64,000 bases of DNA from the human T2T-CHM13v2.0 reference genome, Homo sapiens, in the NCBI RefSeq assembly GCF_009914755.1, contig NC_060926.1. One strand, written 5' to 3'. The notes beneath the pieces were generated by a model, which was not told the origin of the DNA, ran no database searches, and saw only the letters and a list, made by a program, of their open reading frames with translations. This document shows positions 1 through 20,633 of the stretch, piece by piece; within the stretch, counting starts at the first letter, position 1, and every line of letters starts with the position of its first letter. The position numbers and the translations under genes were made by a program.

Positions 1-2659
1 AGTCAGGCTGAGGAGAGGGAGGAAGCATTCCCAGTGAGGAGAATCATGTGGGCAAAGGCAGAGAGGCTGGGTGGACAGACCCGTGGCTGACTGTGAGGGA
101 GGCGGGTAAGATAACCCCTGTCAGCATATGTCCATCTGTGCATGTTGTAGGAAATTCTGACATATGCTACAACATGTGTAGGACGTATGTGCCTGTTTTT
201 ACCTGGTATACACCCTGTGCCTTTGTGTCTTTGTGTTTGGTGAAAATAAAAGGTGTCTGAACTTGAACTACCAAGTTTACTATTTTTAGCAATTTTTAGT
301 CAGCATTGCAGAATTATATACAACCAGAGAATCTGGAATCACTTAGTGTATTCATAAGTATGAAGAAGCAGGCTGCCCCCACCCTCTTGAGAGGTGGTCA
401 TTGCAGTGAGAAGTCTGATGTGGCTTATCATGGTGGGGTGTTACCTCCCCAGAGAACCCATCAGAGAAAAGACGTCAGCCGTAGAGTGACAGCTGCCCCT
501 TTCTCCTGCTAATTCATGCAGTCATTGAGGAATTCCAAAGTCTTGGACATAAAAATGAAGATCTTGGAGCATAGGTAGAGTTGGAGACTTTTCCAGCTTC
601 AAGACAGTTGGCCCCTTAAAGAATAGCTGGTCCTGTGGGTGGCTTAAAGAAGATGCATTTCTAGACCCCGGTTACAGTGGTAAAGCGATAAGTCCTGGTC
701 AGGGCTCGTGTGGCCCCACTGAGGGCTGGGAAGAGCACACTTGCCTGCAGACTGGGGCCAGTTCCTGGGGCTGGAAGAGGAAGGCAGGAGGATGGAGGGG
801 CAGGAACTTTGTCCTCAGTATGCCATTGCTCTGGGGTCTGTGGACGGATGCCCAGAGCAGGACGCATGGGGCGCAGTGAACTGGAGGTTACATTCAAGGA
901 GGGAACAACTCGTGGGTGTCACTGAGCCCTGGTGGGTGAACATAGAAGGTGCTGATAGTGTTTGCAGAGGGTGGGACTTCCCATGTCTTATGAGTGAAGA
1001 GAAAAGGAGAGGAAATACTTTTTTTTATGGGAGGAGCAAATGGGTGGTCAATCACAGAACTATTGTAGTGGCAAGAAAACGGCAGTGCTGAGGGCTTTAT
1101 TTTTTCTGGCCATCTCCTTTAGTGTGGTGGATTTCTGGGGTTTTCTTTTGGCTACACAGCTGCCAAATACCCTATGTTTTTTGGTAAGAGGGCTTGGTTT
1201 AAAGAGTTCCACCTCCTTTGGAAGTTGAAGAGGAGTTGGGTGCTCCTTCTCCCTGCCCTGCAGGGAAAGTGACCCACAGATGCTTAGAAGGACGGATTAT
1301 TCTTGGTGGCAGTGTAGCGTCAGGAGCCCGGAGCCGGTTCTGTGGCCACGGGTGAGTGCAGGCATCCAGTGTCTCCTGTGCATGTCCCCACCCTGCCTGG
1401 TACAGTGTCCAGAGCCTGGCTTTTGTTTTCCAACCAGGATTTGTGCCTGTGTTTCAGCCTCTCCCTAGCCCCCAGCCATACCTTCAGCTTAAAGCAGTGT
1501 GCCTCACATGTTCTGCACTTGACTGGCCAGGATTTGGGGACACAGTCAAGGTACATCATGGGTGCCCAGCAAATGTGTGTTGAGAGGATGACCTAGGAAG
1601 CAGTGGGTCAGCCCAGAGAGCCCTCTGATCATCTGTGATTTTAAGGTGGCCTGTACAAAATACGGAAGATTCCAGGCGTGCCCTGGTTGCACTCTGAAGG
1701 CTCAGAACAACAGAGGCATGCCAAAGGCAACACCTGGCAGCAAGATGGGCTCTGGGAAAGAACTCCAGAGATGCTGCCCATACTGGTGTGTAAAGGTCAC
1801 AGAGATCAGAAGGCAGGTACTTGTAGGCTCATTAGGGACACAGTAAAACAGACTTAGGAAGCCGCAGGTGTTAGAACCAAGTACCGTGGTGGGAGCTGTG
1901 GGAAGACAGGGTTGGGGTTCTGCTGGGGGTTATGTTACTCTTGGTCTGGTGCTCAGGGAATTCTGCCTAGAAGCTGGATGAGCTGTTGAGGATCCTGTGG
2001 CTGAGTTGGAGCCATCTCTCTTGCTCTGCTCAGGTATGGATGTGTTTGTGCCTCTGTCAGCCTTTGACTTTGACATTTTGTGTGTTTCATCCTGCCAGGC
2101 TCCTTCATACGAGTGTGGGTAGGGAACTCCTCTGTGCTGTTTTCTTAGTTTTTTTAGTGCACCCAGGGGCCTGTGAGGATGGGCCACAGATAGCTGTCTG
2201 CTTGTGTCTAATGACATTGCGTGTTTGCCATTTGGGAAACCAGAATGGCATGGCCTCAGTCACGGCCATGACTGGTTGGGTGACTTGTGTGCTCTGAATG
2301 CCTCACACATGAGTGTGATTGGCTGCGTTCCCCCTGGCCAGGAGCAGAAGTTGACCATAGTGCCTCGCAAACCCTAGTCACAGAGACCATGGCCTTATCA
2401 GTGTCCACAGATGTGCGTCGATGCCCGTGATGCACTCAGCCTAATCTGCAGGAAGCCAGGCAATCACGTAGAGAGTTCTAACTCAGTATCTGATTTAATA
2501 CCGTGTTCAGGTGTTACTGATAGCCAAAATACACATATCAAAAGAATAATACAATTGATGCTTTAGTGGGGAAGCACCGTTCTTGCCGTGCCTCAGAGCA
2601 GGAATTCATGGCCAGAGATGTGTTTTGTTCAGCATTGCAAAGTATCCTTTCAAAGTCTG

Positions 2660-3615
<956 letters not shown>

Positions 3616-3978
3616 AAAATTGGAGCACTCATGTTTTTGGAGAGGGATTTTATGTAAAATCTGGATTTCCGTTTTTTTCTTCAAAATTGGAAGAATTAGC
3701 CTCACTGGGCTGGAATTTCCCCCAGGCGGTAGTTGATGGCAATAAGGCCTGGCCTCCCCCTGTTGATGGGGCAGATGCTTTTCACTTTGCCACGGTCCAC
3801 ACCACCCACTAGTCTTGCATCCGGCCCACCTTCCTCATTTGTATTGCCTGCCTGGCTACCCCTTTCAGGGTCTCCCAGCACGATCCACTCGTGACCAGGT
3901 CTGTCTGCAACCCAGCATCTCCTGACCTCCAGACCCACTCTGGGGGGTATCCTTAGAGACCACTCAGGTGCTCTAAGG

Positions 3979-4244
3979 CAGTGGTCCCTAACTTTTTGGC
4001 ACCAGGGACTGGTTTCGTGGAAGACCATTCAGGCATTAGATTCTCAAAAGGAGTGCACAACCTAGTTCTCTCACATGCGCAGTTCATGCTCCTATGAGAA
4101 TCTAAAGCTGCTGCTGATCTGACAGGAGGTGGAGCTCAGGCGGTAACGCCCGCTCGCCTGCTGCTCACCTCCTGCCGTGCAGCCCAGTTCATAACAGGCC
4201 ACAGACCCAGTACAGGTCCGCACCCTGGGGGTCAGAGACCCCTG
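3979..4244 (+). mobile_element. MER1B-like hAT-Charlie DNA transposon
   Basis: Termini cagtggtccc...gagacccctg; perfect 8-bp TSD ctctaagg at 3971-3978 and 4245-4252. Confidence 0.85.
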
Positions 4245-4829
4245 CTCTAAGGTACCTCAGCCTCAGGATGCTCCCAGTTAACTTGCCAGTAAACCACACC
4301 CATGCCCACTCAGTCTCCTGAGCCACAAAGTGTGGAAGTCACTCAGGGTTTTTCCTTGTCCCTCAGCCTCAGGAATCCATTCTTCTCCTGTTTTCTTACC
4401 CCCTGCCATAGTTAGGACTTTATTCATTTTGCTTGCATTATGTCAATGGTGTTCCAGCTGGTCTCCCCGTCTTGCCCTTCTCCCGATTTTCTGCCCCCAC
4501 TTTCTAAAGCATGAAACTCTTTATGTAAGCCCCCTGCTCACCATCCTGCGTGGAGTTCCCGCCTCAAGGCCCTGCCCCTGGGCCTGACACTCGGAGCCCT
4601 TCCCAGTCTACCCTCATCCTTCCCCTGCCCACAGGCCCTCACATCTTATCTGGTCATGGAATTATCTGGCATTCTCTGGCAATTTTCAGCCACCTCCTTC
4701 CCCAGCTCCCAGGCCTCTTGGCCCTGACATCTTTTTATAAACCAGGACAGTGTTTAGGAATTAATGAGAACCCAGACCTCAGACCTGGATCCTGAGCAGC
4801 AGAGCAGTGGATGCCCAGGGCTCTCGCTT

Positions 4830-5860
<1,031 letters not shown>

Positions 5861-6129
5861 AAGCCCCTTGCATGTTAACTAAAAACACACAGGTAGGCAG
5901 CATTTTCTCTGCAAATGTTTTAGGATAACATAAAAATCTGACTGTATTTTGGCTTACAATTTTTATCTGTGTATTTTTACTCCTAAGCCTATGTAAGTCA
6001 TCAGCAACTTAGATTTTGTGGTAATTATTTTTTATTTCACTCTCAAAATAACTTTTATGTTTTTGTTCCCTAACAAAACATTTGTTCCTAATAATGTTCC
6101 CTATTTGTTCCCTAATAATGGTCTCTTAG

Positions 6130-6525
<396 letters not shown>

Positions 6526-6813
6526 TAGGGTCCTGGGCAGCAAATACAGGAGACTGCAGGCAACCCTGGGGAAGGCTCCTAGGGGCCCTCTCTGCGGCAC
6601 TGTTTGTCCTGCACAGTTAGGACTGTGGTTGAGGAAGGCATATCCACAGATCTTGCTTGAGCTGGGTTCTAGCTCTGGCTCCAGAGGGTCTACTAGTTTG
6701 ACTTCACCGTTAAACCCCAGGTCGATAACACTGGCACTAATGATATTAGCGAGTGTGAAGTACATGTGCCCCATAAATAGAAGGTATCGAAGATATTTAC
6801 AAAACCTGCCCTT

Positions 6814-7553
<740 letters not shown>

Positions 7554-8346
7554 AGACATAGAACAGTTCCATCTTCCCCCCGAAGTGCCCCATGCATGCC
7601 CTTTATAAGCAAGCCCTCCCCTAGCCCTGGGCAGTCACCGGTCTTGTTTCCTGTTCCTGTAGGTTTACCTCTGTGAGAATGTCACATAAATGGGATCATA
7701 CAGGGTGTAGCTTTCTGAGTCTGGCTTCTTCCATTGAACATAGTGTTTTCAGTGTTCATCTGTGTTGACGTGTGTGTCAGTAGCTCGTTCCTTTTTATCA
7801 ATGAGTCGTAATCCACTGTGTGGATCTATCATAGTTTGCTTATCCATCCCCCAGTTAGGGGCACTTGGGTTGTTTCCAGATTGTATTAAGCGTTAATTTT
7901 CATCTCAGTATACTTTGTTGAAAGGCCTGTTAGCATCTGGGCTATAGGAAATAGACACGTTCAAACCCTGGGGCTCACATCATTTCCCTGTTCATATGGC
8001 CTGTCCTGGAGCTGGTTAAGATATTAAGTTAAGGGAAAGTATAAACGTTAATGGGTTTTTACCAGATTCTTCCCCCTTACTTCCGTAAACCCATGTGCTA
8101 CTCCCAGCAACAGACTCAGTGTTAGACCTGCAGGCTCGCAGTGGTGCAGGCAGCAGAGGCTGCTTAGATCTGGCTTCCTACTCAAGGAAACTTGAGAAAG
8201 GGGTTGGGGGTGGGGAAGGATGAGTCTCAGTCACTGGGAGGCTGGTGGGTGCCAGGGCTCAGCAGGGCCACCCCTTGAGGGAGGAGGAATACTCCAGAAC
8301 GAAGGGATATTGCATCTATATCCCTGACCTGTGCTGTGTGTTGCAG

Positions 8347-8497
8347 CCGGACCTGCGCTTGCCAAGGCAAAGACCCCAACACCTGTGGTGCCTCCTTCTC
8401 CTTTGGTTGTTCCTGGAGCATGTACTTCAACGGCTGCAAGTATGCTCGGAGCAAGACACCTCGCAAGTTCCGCCTCGCAGGGGACAATCCCAAAGAG
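8347..8497 (+). CDS. TET3: TET3 coding exon ([50 protein letters not shown])
   Basis: ttgcag| acceptor, GAG|gtgagc donor; 151 nt restores phase 0 with the previous 209-nt exon; conserved TET motif [18 protein letters not shown]. Confidence 0.97.
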
Positions 8498-10330
8498 GTG
8501 AGCAGAGCTGGGCGGGGACCCTGCCTCCCATCCTTTCTCGCCTGGCGTCCTTCATGGTCCAGCGGGAGGTAGTACTGGCACGCCATGACTCAGATGCACA
8601 GGAAGTGGAACTTGTTTTCGTTTTTTTAAAAGCTGACCTTATCTTGCTGTGAAATAAGGGGTGTGTGGAGGGCACCAAGTGTGAAAAATTAGACTTAGCA
8701 GTTACGGGTGCCCCAGGCTCTTCCCATGTAAACCATCTCTTTTAGGTAAATACTCCAAATATCGAAGATACATATTCAAATCGCTTGTCAGAATTTGGCC
8801 CTCTCAGAGGTCATTTCTCCCCCCCATCTTCCCAGGACACCTTTCTAGGTGTGAGGTTTAGCAGGAAAGGCGGTCTCCCGCATGTGGGCCATCCTCTGGG
8901 CCTTTGCTGTACTTCCCAAGGTATCTCCCACCCTGCCTGGCTGCCGGACAGATGTCTCTGGGCAGTCATCCGGGCCCTTGCAGTCTCCATGCTGGGGGCC
9001 TGGCCTGGTCCCTGGGCTCTGGACTGGTGTCCATACAGTATGACCGCTAGGCACGGCACCTTCTCTCTGTAGGCTCCTTACCCAGACCCCTGCCCTGCAG
9101 GGCCTCCCCCAGCCCCAAGACAGCAGGGGAAGGCGCCCTCAGGCTGTGGGGGCCGGAGCATCTGCTCAGGCCGCCTCCCCTCTGTTGTTTGTCCTCTGAT
9201 GCCTGCATGGCAAAGGCCCTCCTGAGAGGCGGTCTCCACTCAGCTCCAAATGCAAGGAAGGCACAAGCCTATCCAGGTTGTCTGCCATTTTACCTTCCTT
9301 CTGCCTGGGCTCCTGAGCGGGTGGAGTGCTGGCTTCCTTTGCTAGGATACAGACAAATATCCAAATACGTGAACTCAAGTTGCAACCTTCCAAATCTCTC
9401 CAAGCTCCTAGTACCAGAAGGGCTTCCCACTTCCCGTGGTGCAGGGACACCCTCTCTACACCAAAGCCTATGTCACCTTCTGTGCTCTGACTGCCAAGCT
9501 TGGGTCCTCATAAGAAAAAGGAAGCATTTTCAAATTCAGAACTCTTTGTTTACCCCAGACCTGGCTTTTAGACTTAAATAGTCTAATAGACCTGTATGCA
9601 AATAGTCTAATTTGTTATTAGATTTTTATTTACGGTAAGATTCACCCTCCCTTACAAGCAGCAGATGTGGTTGCTTCAATGAATGGAGCCCTGGGGCTAC
9701 CAGGACCTAAGAACTACTAGGAATGGAAAGACATTGGCTTAATTTCTCTCAAATTCTTTCCCTGTTCTACCAACTGCCACTTCCTGTGCTCTTACGATGT
9801 GCTAAGCACTTTGCCAAGCCCCTCATAGGTTTCTCAGATGATTTCACGACCCCTCCATCCCAGTGATCTAGGCACTGTTACCCCTCACTTTACAGATGAG
9901 GCAGATGGCTTCCTTAAGCCCATGTGGCTAGTTCATGGTGAAGGCAGGTTTGAAACTCAGGCCTGTGTGTCCCTAGAGCTCACAAGCCTCACCCCCTGCT
10001 GTGCTGGTGGCAGCATCTGGACATCAGGCAGGGAGGTGGCCTGGCATCACTGGCCCAGGCTGGCCTGGTCAAGAGTGGCTGGCAGCCCTGGCGACCCCAC
10101 TGGATGTACAGCTGAGCTGTGGGTCTCCACCTTCCATTTCTCATTCTGTGTGCTTGGTTCTTTTTCTCTTTCCTCTCTTCCTGCTTTCTTCTTCATAAAC
10201 CCTTTGTGCCTGTGCTCGTGGTGTCCTAGGAGCCCTTCAAGCCCTGCTTGTTTTCGGAGGGCCAGACAGAGGCTGTGGATACCTGGAACTCTCTGCCACA
10301 TGTCACCAGGGGCTGCTGCTTCACATAGAG

Positions 10331-10825
<495 letters not shown>

Positions 10826-10879
10826 AGTCTAGCAGCTGGAGCTTTGAAGTCTGTCTGTATTCCTGGCTTATGACAGGCT

Positions 10880-10904
10880 CTGGGCTGGGCTGGGCTGGGC
10901 TGGG
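10880..10904 (+). repeat. (CTGGG)5 pentamer repeat
   Basis: Read directly from the sequence. Confidence 0.9.
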
Positions 10905-11333
10905 CTGGCTGTGGAATTTCTAGCATGGATCCTGCCTGCCTTTCTCTTCCTGTCTGTAGCCTGGGAGGAAAGATCCACAGTTGTTGCTCTTGGCTTTTTC
11001 AGTCCCACTGTGCCGCACCTCTGACCTACGGTGTTCAGCACTCGAAAGCAAGAAACGTTTGATATGTTCTGGGCTGAACTGGGCGGGAGCCTGAAGGAGC
11101 AGTAGTTTAGCAGTCAGGATGACTAGACCTTCAGGCCGTGGCTTCCACAGCTTTTCCTGGGAGCCTCAGTGTCCCCAGCTGTGAAGTGGACACAGCACCA
11201 CAGCCCTCCTGAAGGAAAGGCCAGAAAGACACCTGATAACACCTCCCTCCCAGCCTCCCCCACGATGCTTCAGGAATGCCAGTCCACTTCCAGGGTGCAG
11301 GGTCTGCCAGGCGGGGCTGCTCTGGATGTGTGA

Positions 11334-11501
<168 letters not shown>

Positions 11502-11978
11502 TGAAGGTGGGAAGTGGGAGAGTGGGCTCTTTTACTCTCTTATGGGAAGAGCCTAGTCCAGAAGTAAAGCGATATGATGTGGTTCTTTGATAAAAACCCC
11601 TTTTTTACACCAGGCTACCTGCATCCCACACCGTCCCTCTTCTATCCTGGTCTTCTCCCTTCCCCTGGTAACCCATCCACCTCCTCTGGTCTGGTATCCA
11701 CTGGTGAGGCCCGAGTTTCTCTCACCTGTCACCCTTGTATCTCCTAGACAAGGCAAGGGGACTTGGGATAACCCAGAAGGAAGTAATTCCTACAGGAGAC
11801 TGAAAGTAACTTTTTTGTAGCTGGGGCCTCTCAGCCAGAAAACCTCCCTCCTGCAGTCGAAGGGCAAGGTGACTATCATCCTTAACATCCCTCCTTCCAA
11901 GACCTGGCCTCCCCAGGTGCAGAATCGGGGCCACTCACCTCAGGTCATGTGAGCACCTCTCCTTGGCTGTCTACACAG

Positions 11979-12116
11979 GTGACCAACGAGGAAATAGCGA
12001 TTGACTGCCGTCTGGGGCTGAAGGAAGGACGGCCCTTCGCGGGGGTCACGGCCTGCATGGACTTCTGTGCCCACGCCCACAAGGACCAGCATAACCTCTA
12101 CAATGGGTGCACCGTG
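11979..12116 (+). CDS. TET3: TET3 coding exon with Fe(II)-binding HxD motif ([46 protein letters not shown])
   Basis: ctacacag| acceptor, GTG|gtaagc donor; 138 nt; HKD codons at 12078-12086. Confidence 0.97.
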
Positions 12117-12444
12117 GTAAGCCTGTGCCCTGTCATAGCCCCACCTGTGGGGCAACTGTGGGAGGGAGTCCACCGTGGTCTTTTCAGAAAGGCAGGCTGA
12201 GGGTAGGGAGGGACCTGGAGACAGGATCCTCAGAACTCTGGAAGGTTCCCTGCAAGACGGCCTGCCTTCGCCCACCTCCCAGAGAAAACCTCACCAGAAA
12301 ACCCTTGAACAGACAAGGCTGGCTTTGTGTCTGTGTCTTAGGGGGATGCTGCAGGATGTAGCCCCTCAAGCACCTGGAGTGCCCAGTTATCTAAAGCGTG
12401 GGCCCCGGTCTCTGTGGACACTTGGATTTAAATGCAAACAAACC

Positions 12445-13450
12445 CTTGATTCATTCTTTGGACAAATGTGTATTGAGTACCAGCTGTGCCCAGGCACTGC
12501 TCTGCATGCTGCGGGATGAAACGGACAAAGTTCCTGCCCAAGTATGTGTGGGAATGTCCTGTAGCAATGAAGGCCAAGAGGGAAAAATGAAGTAGGGTGA
12601 GGGATAAAGCAACAGGAGATGCTGTTTTAGATGAGAGGCTGCTCTGAGGAGGGGACGTTTAAGTTGAGATGTGAATGGCGCAAGAGAGTGAGAGAGCCAC
12701 TATCTGGGGGTAGAGTGCTCCAGGCAGAGGGACCAGCGTGTGTGCAGGCTCCGAGCGGGGAGCAGGCTGGGTGTGTGTTCAGGGAACAACAGGAAGGGAG
12801 TAACTTACTGCAAGGGGCAGGGAGAGTGGGATTGGAGAGGCCTGCAGGGACCAGCTCACAGGGAGCCTTGAGGGCCAGGGGAGGGTTGCGGGGTTTGCTC
12901 TAAGTGTGATGGGAAGCTGTTGAGGGCTTCTCAGCTGGGCAGCAGTAAGTTTGCATTGTAAAGTTAGACGCACTCCTGCTGCTGCAGTTAGAGAATGAGG
13001 TGTGTGATGGTGGGGGCAGAGTGAGGTGAACGGGAGGGAATAAGAGGAAGGAGGCGAAGGAGGAGGCTGGGGCAGCCATCCAGGCCAGAGGGGACACGGC
13101 TTGGGCAGGAGTGGGGGGAGGTGCTGATGGGACAGATTTTGGATGATGTGGAAGGGACTGCCAAGAGGATTTGCAGATGGGCTGGATTGTTATGTGAGCA
13201 GGACTTGAGGAGCACTCCAAGGCTTTTTGCTTCAGCATCTGGGTGAGTGTTGGTAACATGGACCGAGATGTAAGTAACAGGGGAAGGCTGAATTTAGGAG
13301 TAAGAAATCAAGAGTCCTGTTTCAAGATGCCTGCTAGACGTGCAGGTGGAGATGTGGAGTAGGCAGGGGGCAAGGAGGGTCTGGAGAGCACGTGGTTTAT
13401 AGTTAGAGCTGTGAGGCCGACGCCATCAGCAGGGGAGTGAGTGCAGATGG
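12445..13450 (-). mobile_element. LINE-2 fragment
   Basis: Antisense L2 3' end (attcattc...aaatgtgtattgagtaccagctgtgccaggcactg) followed by purine-rich L2-like body; boundaries approximate. Confidence 0.6.
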
Positions 13451-14934
13451 AGAAGAGAGGGAGTTTGGACTTGGTTAGGGGCTTCCTTGAAGGGATGATG
13501 CTGGCTGTCTGCTCTGCCTTTTAGCCAGGTTCTGGGCAGACAGGGCTTCCAGGGGCTGAGGACGAGGCAAGGGCACCAGCACATCTGCCTGGAAAGAGGG
13601 CTCCCAGATTCCGAGTGTAGCTTATGCCCCCTGGGGATTGATGGACCCACCTCGGGATTTCATTTCTCCACTTGTTTTCTATCACTGCATCCAAGACTGA
13701 GAAGCAAGAAGGGGCAGCTCCTGCTGGCACTCTGTTGTGAGGATTTCTAGGTGAAATACACAGAAAGGGCATGCCCACAGTGTTAGAGAGACGAAGGAGC
13801 CCAGGGGGCCCTGGAAGGTGGGCGAGAGCAAGAGCACCATGAGGTGATCTGGATCGCAGAGCTTCTAGAGTTTGGGGTTGAAAAAAGGAGTATTTTCTTC
13901 CAAAATGAAAAGTATTGTTTTTTCCTAAACAAGACTCATTTTTTAAAAATTTAAATAATATTAAAAAGGTTGCCTGAAATCTCAGAGATAACCAGTTAGC
14001 AGTTTGATGACCATCCATTCAGACACCCAAATGTGTATGTATGCACGAATGGCTTTATGAAATTTTACCCAGATGGGGTCACATTATATATACATGCTGT
14101 TCTATGACCTGCTTTTCTTAAGCTTTCTATGTCAGTGGACTTCATTTTCCGAGGCTGTATGTATGGCTCTGCCATCATTTATTTAACCAGTCCCCTATCA
14201 ATGGACAGTAAGTGCTTTCAGACATTTCCCTTCTGTAAACCACAGGGAGAGGCCATTCTTCTCACGTATTTGTGCAGTGGCGCAGTAACCTGCTTGAGAT
14301 TGCATTGATGTTTACTTTTACAGGCTTGGGGCACTAATTCTCCTACTTACTTGGCAACACTGGATTTTGTCAGTCTCTTTCATCTTTGCCTGCTGCCTGA
14401 GTGGGAAACATATGATCTTATTTTAATTTGTGTTTATTACTAGAGAGGTTGAACATTTTTTCCTATTTCTTCTTACACATTTGAATTTCATCTTTGCGAC
14501 TATCCTATTTATGTACTTTACTTATTTTTTTAATCAGGCTACCCTTACCTTTTGATATTTGTAAAGTATCTCTTGTAGGAAATACAGCTTCTGCCACATC
14601 TTATCTTTTGGATTTTCCCTTTGGTCTGTTGTTTATAGCATTAGTCTGACAGACTGGTAGGAAGCAGGGCTGGGGCTGGCCAGTCCAACCCAGAAAGTAC
14701 ACAGGAGGCTGGTCAGAGCAGAGGAAGTCGTAGACCCACACATAGTCTGGGAAGAAACAAGCTGGGTAGGGCATGACACCAAACTCAGAGTGCCTCTAAG
14801 TGAAAGGGTTAATAAAGTTAGTACCATAAAAATATAAGTTTTCTGTTCAGCGTAATAAAACACCATAATAACAATTGAAAGGCCAATACAAACTGGATAC
14901 CTTGAGTTATCCTTGAGTTAAGAAAAGCAGGTCA

Positions 14935-15575
<641 letters not shown>

Positions 15576-15639
15576 GCAGGTCACAGAATAGCATGTATAT
15601 ATAATGTAATCCGATTTGTAGTTTTATATAGCCATACAT

Positions 15640-15640
<1 letters not shown>

Positions 15641-15688
<48 letters not shown>
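15641..15688 (+). repeat. (CA)n microsatellite, ~24 units
   Basis: Read directly from the sequence. Confidence 0.95.
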
Positions 15689-15692
<4 letters not shown>

Positions 15693-15914
15693 TTCAAATG
15701 TCTGGGTAGTCATCTAAACACTAACAATGACTAATAATTCACAGAGCTCCAACTGCTACAATATTTGTAACGTGATAAAGAAATTATAACTTTAATATGC
15801 AAAGATGACTTCATGATTTAAAAAATGACAAGTTGTATATAGTAGTGGGCAAAAGTCATAAAACTCGCAAAAGAAGGAAGACAGTGAGAGAATTGTGTTA
15901 AAATGGGCCAAGGA

Positions 15915-16435
15915 TTGATTTTAATCGGATATGGTAAGACATGCAGACCTGGATAATTGTCAGGAAAGAACTTTATACTCAGATCCTAGAAACAGGAGGG
16001 CAGGTCATGCTCGGGGGCTACTCAGGGGAGCACCGGGCCAGTCAGGAGGCAGAAGAGGAAGAGTGGGGAGCATGGCCCAGAGTCTTTAGTGGGGTTTTGC
16101 AGGGAAGAATGGGTGATGCAGCGTAGCTACACTGGGGAAGTTTAGGATTGAACAGTTTGAATATTTTAGCAGGCTCTGAGCTATGGGGTGGTTCCTCGTG
16201 CACGGCCCTCTATTAAGGCCAGGGAAATATTGGTTTGGTGTGTGAGTTTGATAAAGGAGATGGCGAGGGGGTGTGAGCTCTGGATTTGCTGGTTCATATA
16301 TCAGAGGCACACTCGCAGGGAGCCATTTGCTATCTCTGAGAATTAAGTAGCCCTGGGAGGGGCAGCCTCTCTGGGATCAAGACCCCAAATGCCAGAGCAT
16401 CAAAAATATAGAAAATAAGAAAATATAGTCAACAC
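15915..16435. mobile_element. Probable solo LTR (ERVL class, MER77-like)
   Basis: Resemblance by eye only (terminal ...gccagagcatcaaaaatatagaaaataagaaaatatagtcaaca). Confidence 0.35.
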
Positions 16436-17053
16436 AAGAGTAGAGAGTAAACTTGAATAAAAAAGCAAATCTTGTGAGAAATGTACACCAACAACGAGAT
16501 CGATTTTAACAGTGAGCAAAAAGTTTTTAAAGAAATTAGTGGAAAAAATATAGGAAAGTTGAAACACATTCTGCTGGTATGAGTGAAAAACCGAATCATT
16601 TTTGAGGGTAGTCTGGCAGTATGTGGCAGTTCTACTTAACATTCATTCTAAGGAATTAAGAATCTTACAAAATTTAGCTAAAAGGGTATTTCAAAAAGTA
16701 TTGTTTATGGTATAAAAAAATTGGAAACAAGTTGAAATATTTGATAATGAGATTAACACATTGATACAGTAGAATAATATTACACAGCTCTAATCATATT
16801 GGGGGAGAATATTTAATGCACAGGAAAATATTTATACTATGTTAAGAAAAAAATGAAGCTATTATGTGACCATATGCATAATACCCCCTTTAATTAGCAA
16901 AAAGTAATTGTGTACTTGTGTATGTACACAATTAGGTGACCGTGATATTTAAAGTGATTACTTCTGGGTGGTGGGATGGGAGATTTTGTTTCCTTTTTGC
17001 TTGCCTAAATTTTCTATAATCAGCACATAGAGTTTATAATAAAAAGGAAACTC

Positions 17054-17313
17054 TTTTTTTTTTTTTTTGAGACGGAGTTTCACTCTTGTTGCCCAGGCTG
17101 GAGTGTAGTGGCATGATCTTGGCTCACTGCAACCTCCATCTCTGGGTTCAAGCAATTCTCCTGTCTCAGCCTCCCAAGTAGCTGGGATTACAGGCGCATG
17201 CCACCACGCCAGGCTAATTTTTATATTTTTGGTAGAGACAGGGTTTCATCATATTGATCAGGCTAGTCTCGACCTCCTGACCTCAGGTGATCCACCCGCC
17301 TTGGCCTCCCAAA
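17054..17313 (-). mobile_element. AluS-type element, 5' truncated by ~30 nt
   Basis: Poly(T) then antisense Alu; TSD aaaaggaaac at 17042-17051 and 17311-17320. Confidence 0.88.
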
Positions 17314-17645
17314 AGGAAACGTATTTTAAGAGCAAAAGGAGGCTGAGTGTTTAGAACAAGGAAGATAATGGTGGACGGTCTGAGCTTCACTGGGCAACGT
17401 GGTGCTGTGGCGTCAGTGCTATGCCAGAGGGCAGAGCAAGCCTCCAGGTCCTGGCCAGGCCCCTTGCCAGGTATCTCATCTCCTCTCAGCCTTCTTAGGA
17501 TCATAGGAGATAATGTGCCTTGAAAGTTGATGAGTGGACTGTAAATGCTGGTGATACTGTTGCCCCGTGAACCAAGATCAATGTGCTTTCCACAAACTCT
17601 TGGAAGTAGTAGTGGCTGGTATTGGGATTGTGTGGGGAAAGATGA

Positions 17646-18353
<708 letters not shown>

Positions 18354-18566
18354 TAGTTTGCTCCCCTCTGAGATACTGAGGTGAGTAGCAGCACTTCAGG
18401 ACATGTGGGTGTGTGCCAGGGCAGCAGGGCTTATGGGCGGAGACGGTTGCTGGCAGGCATCTGAGTTCTCATTCTCCTGGCCCTGGTCCCTGCAGTGATC
18501 CCGACTGGGCTGGGCACAGAGTGGGTGGTGGTGGTTCAGTACAACTTCTGGAGTTCTCTAGGGTGA

Positions 18567-20633
<2,067 letters not shown>

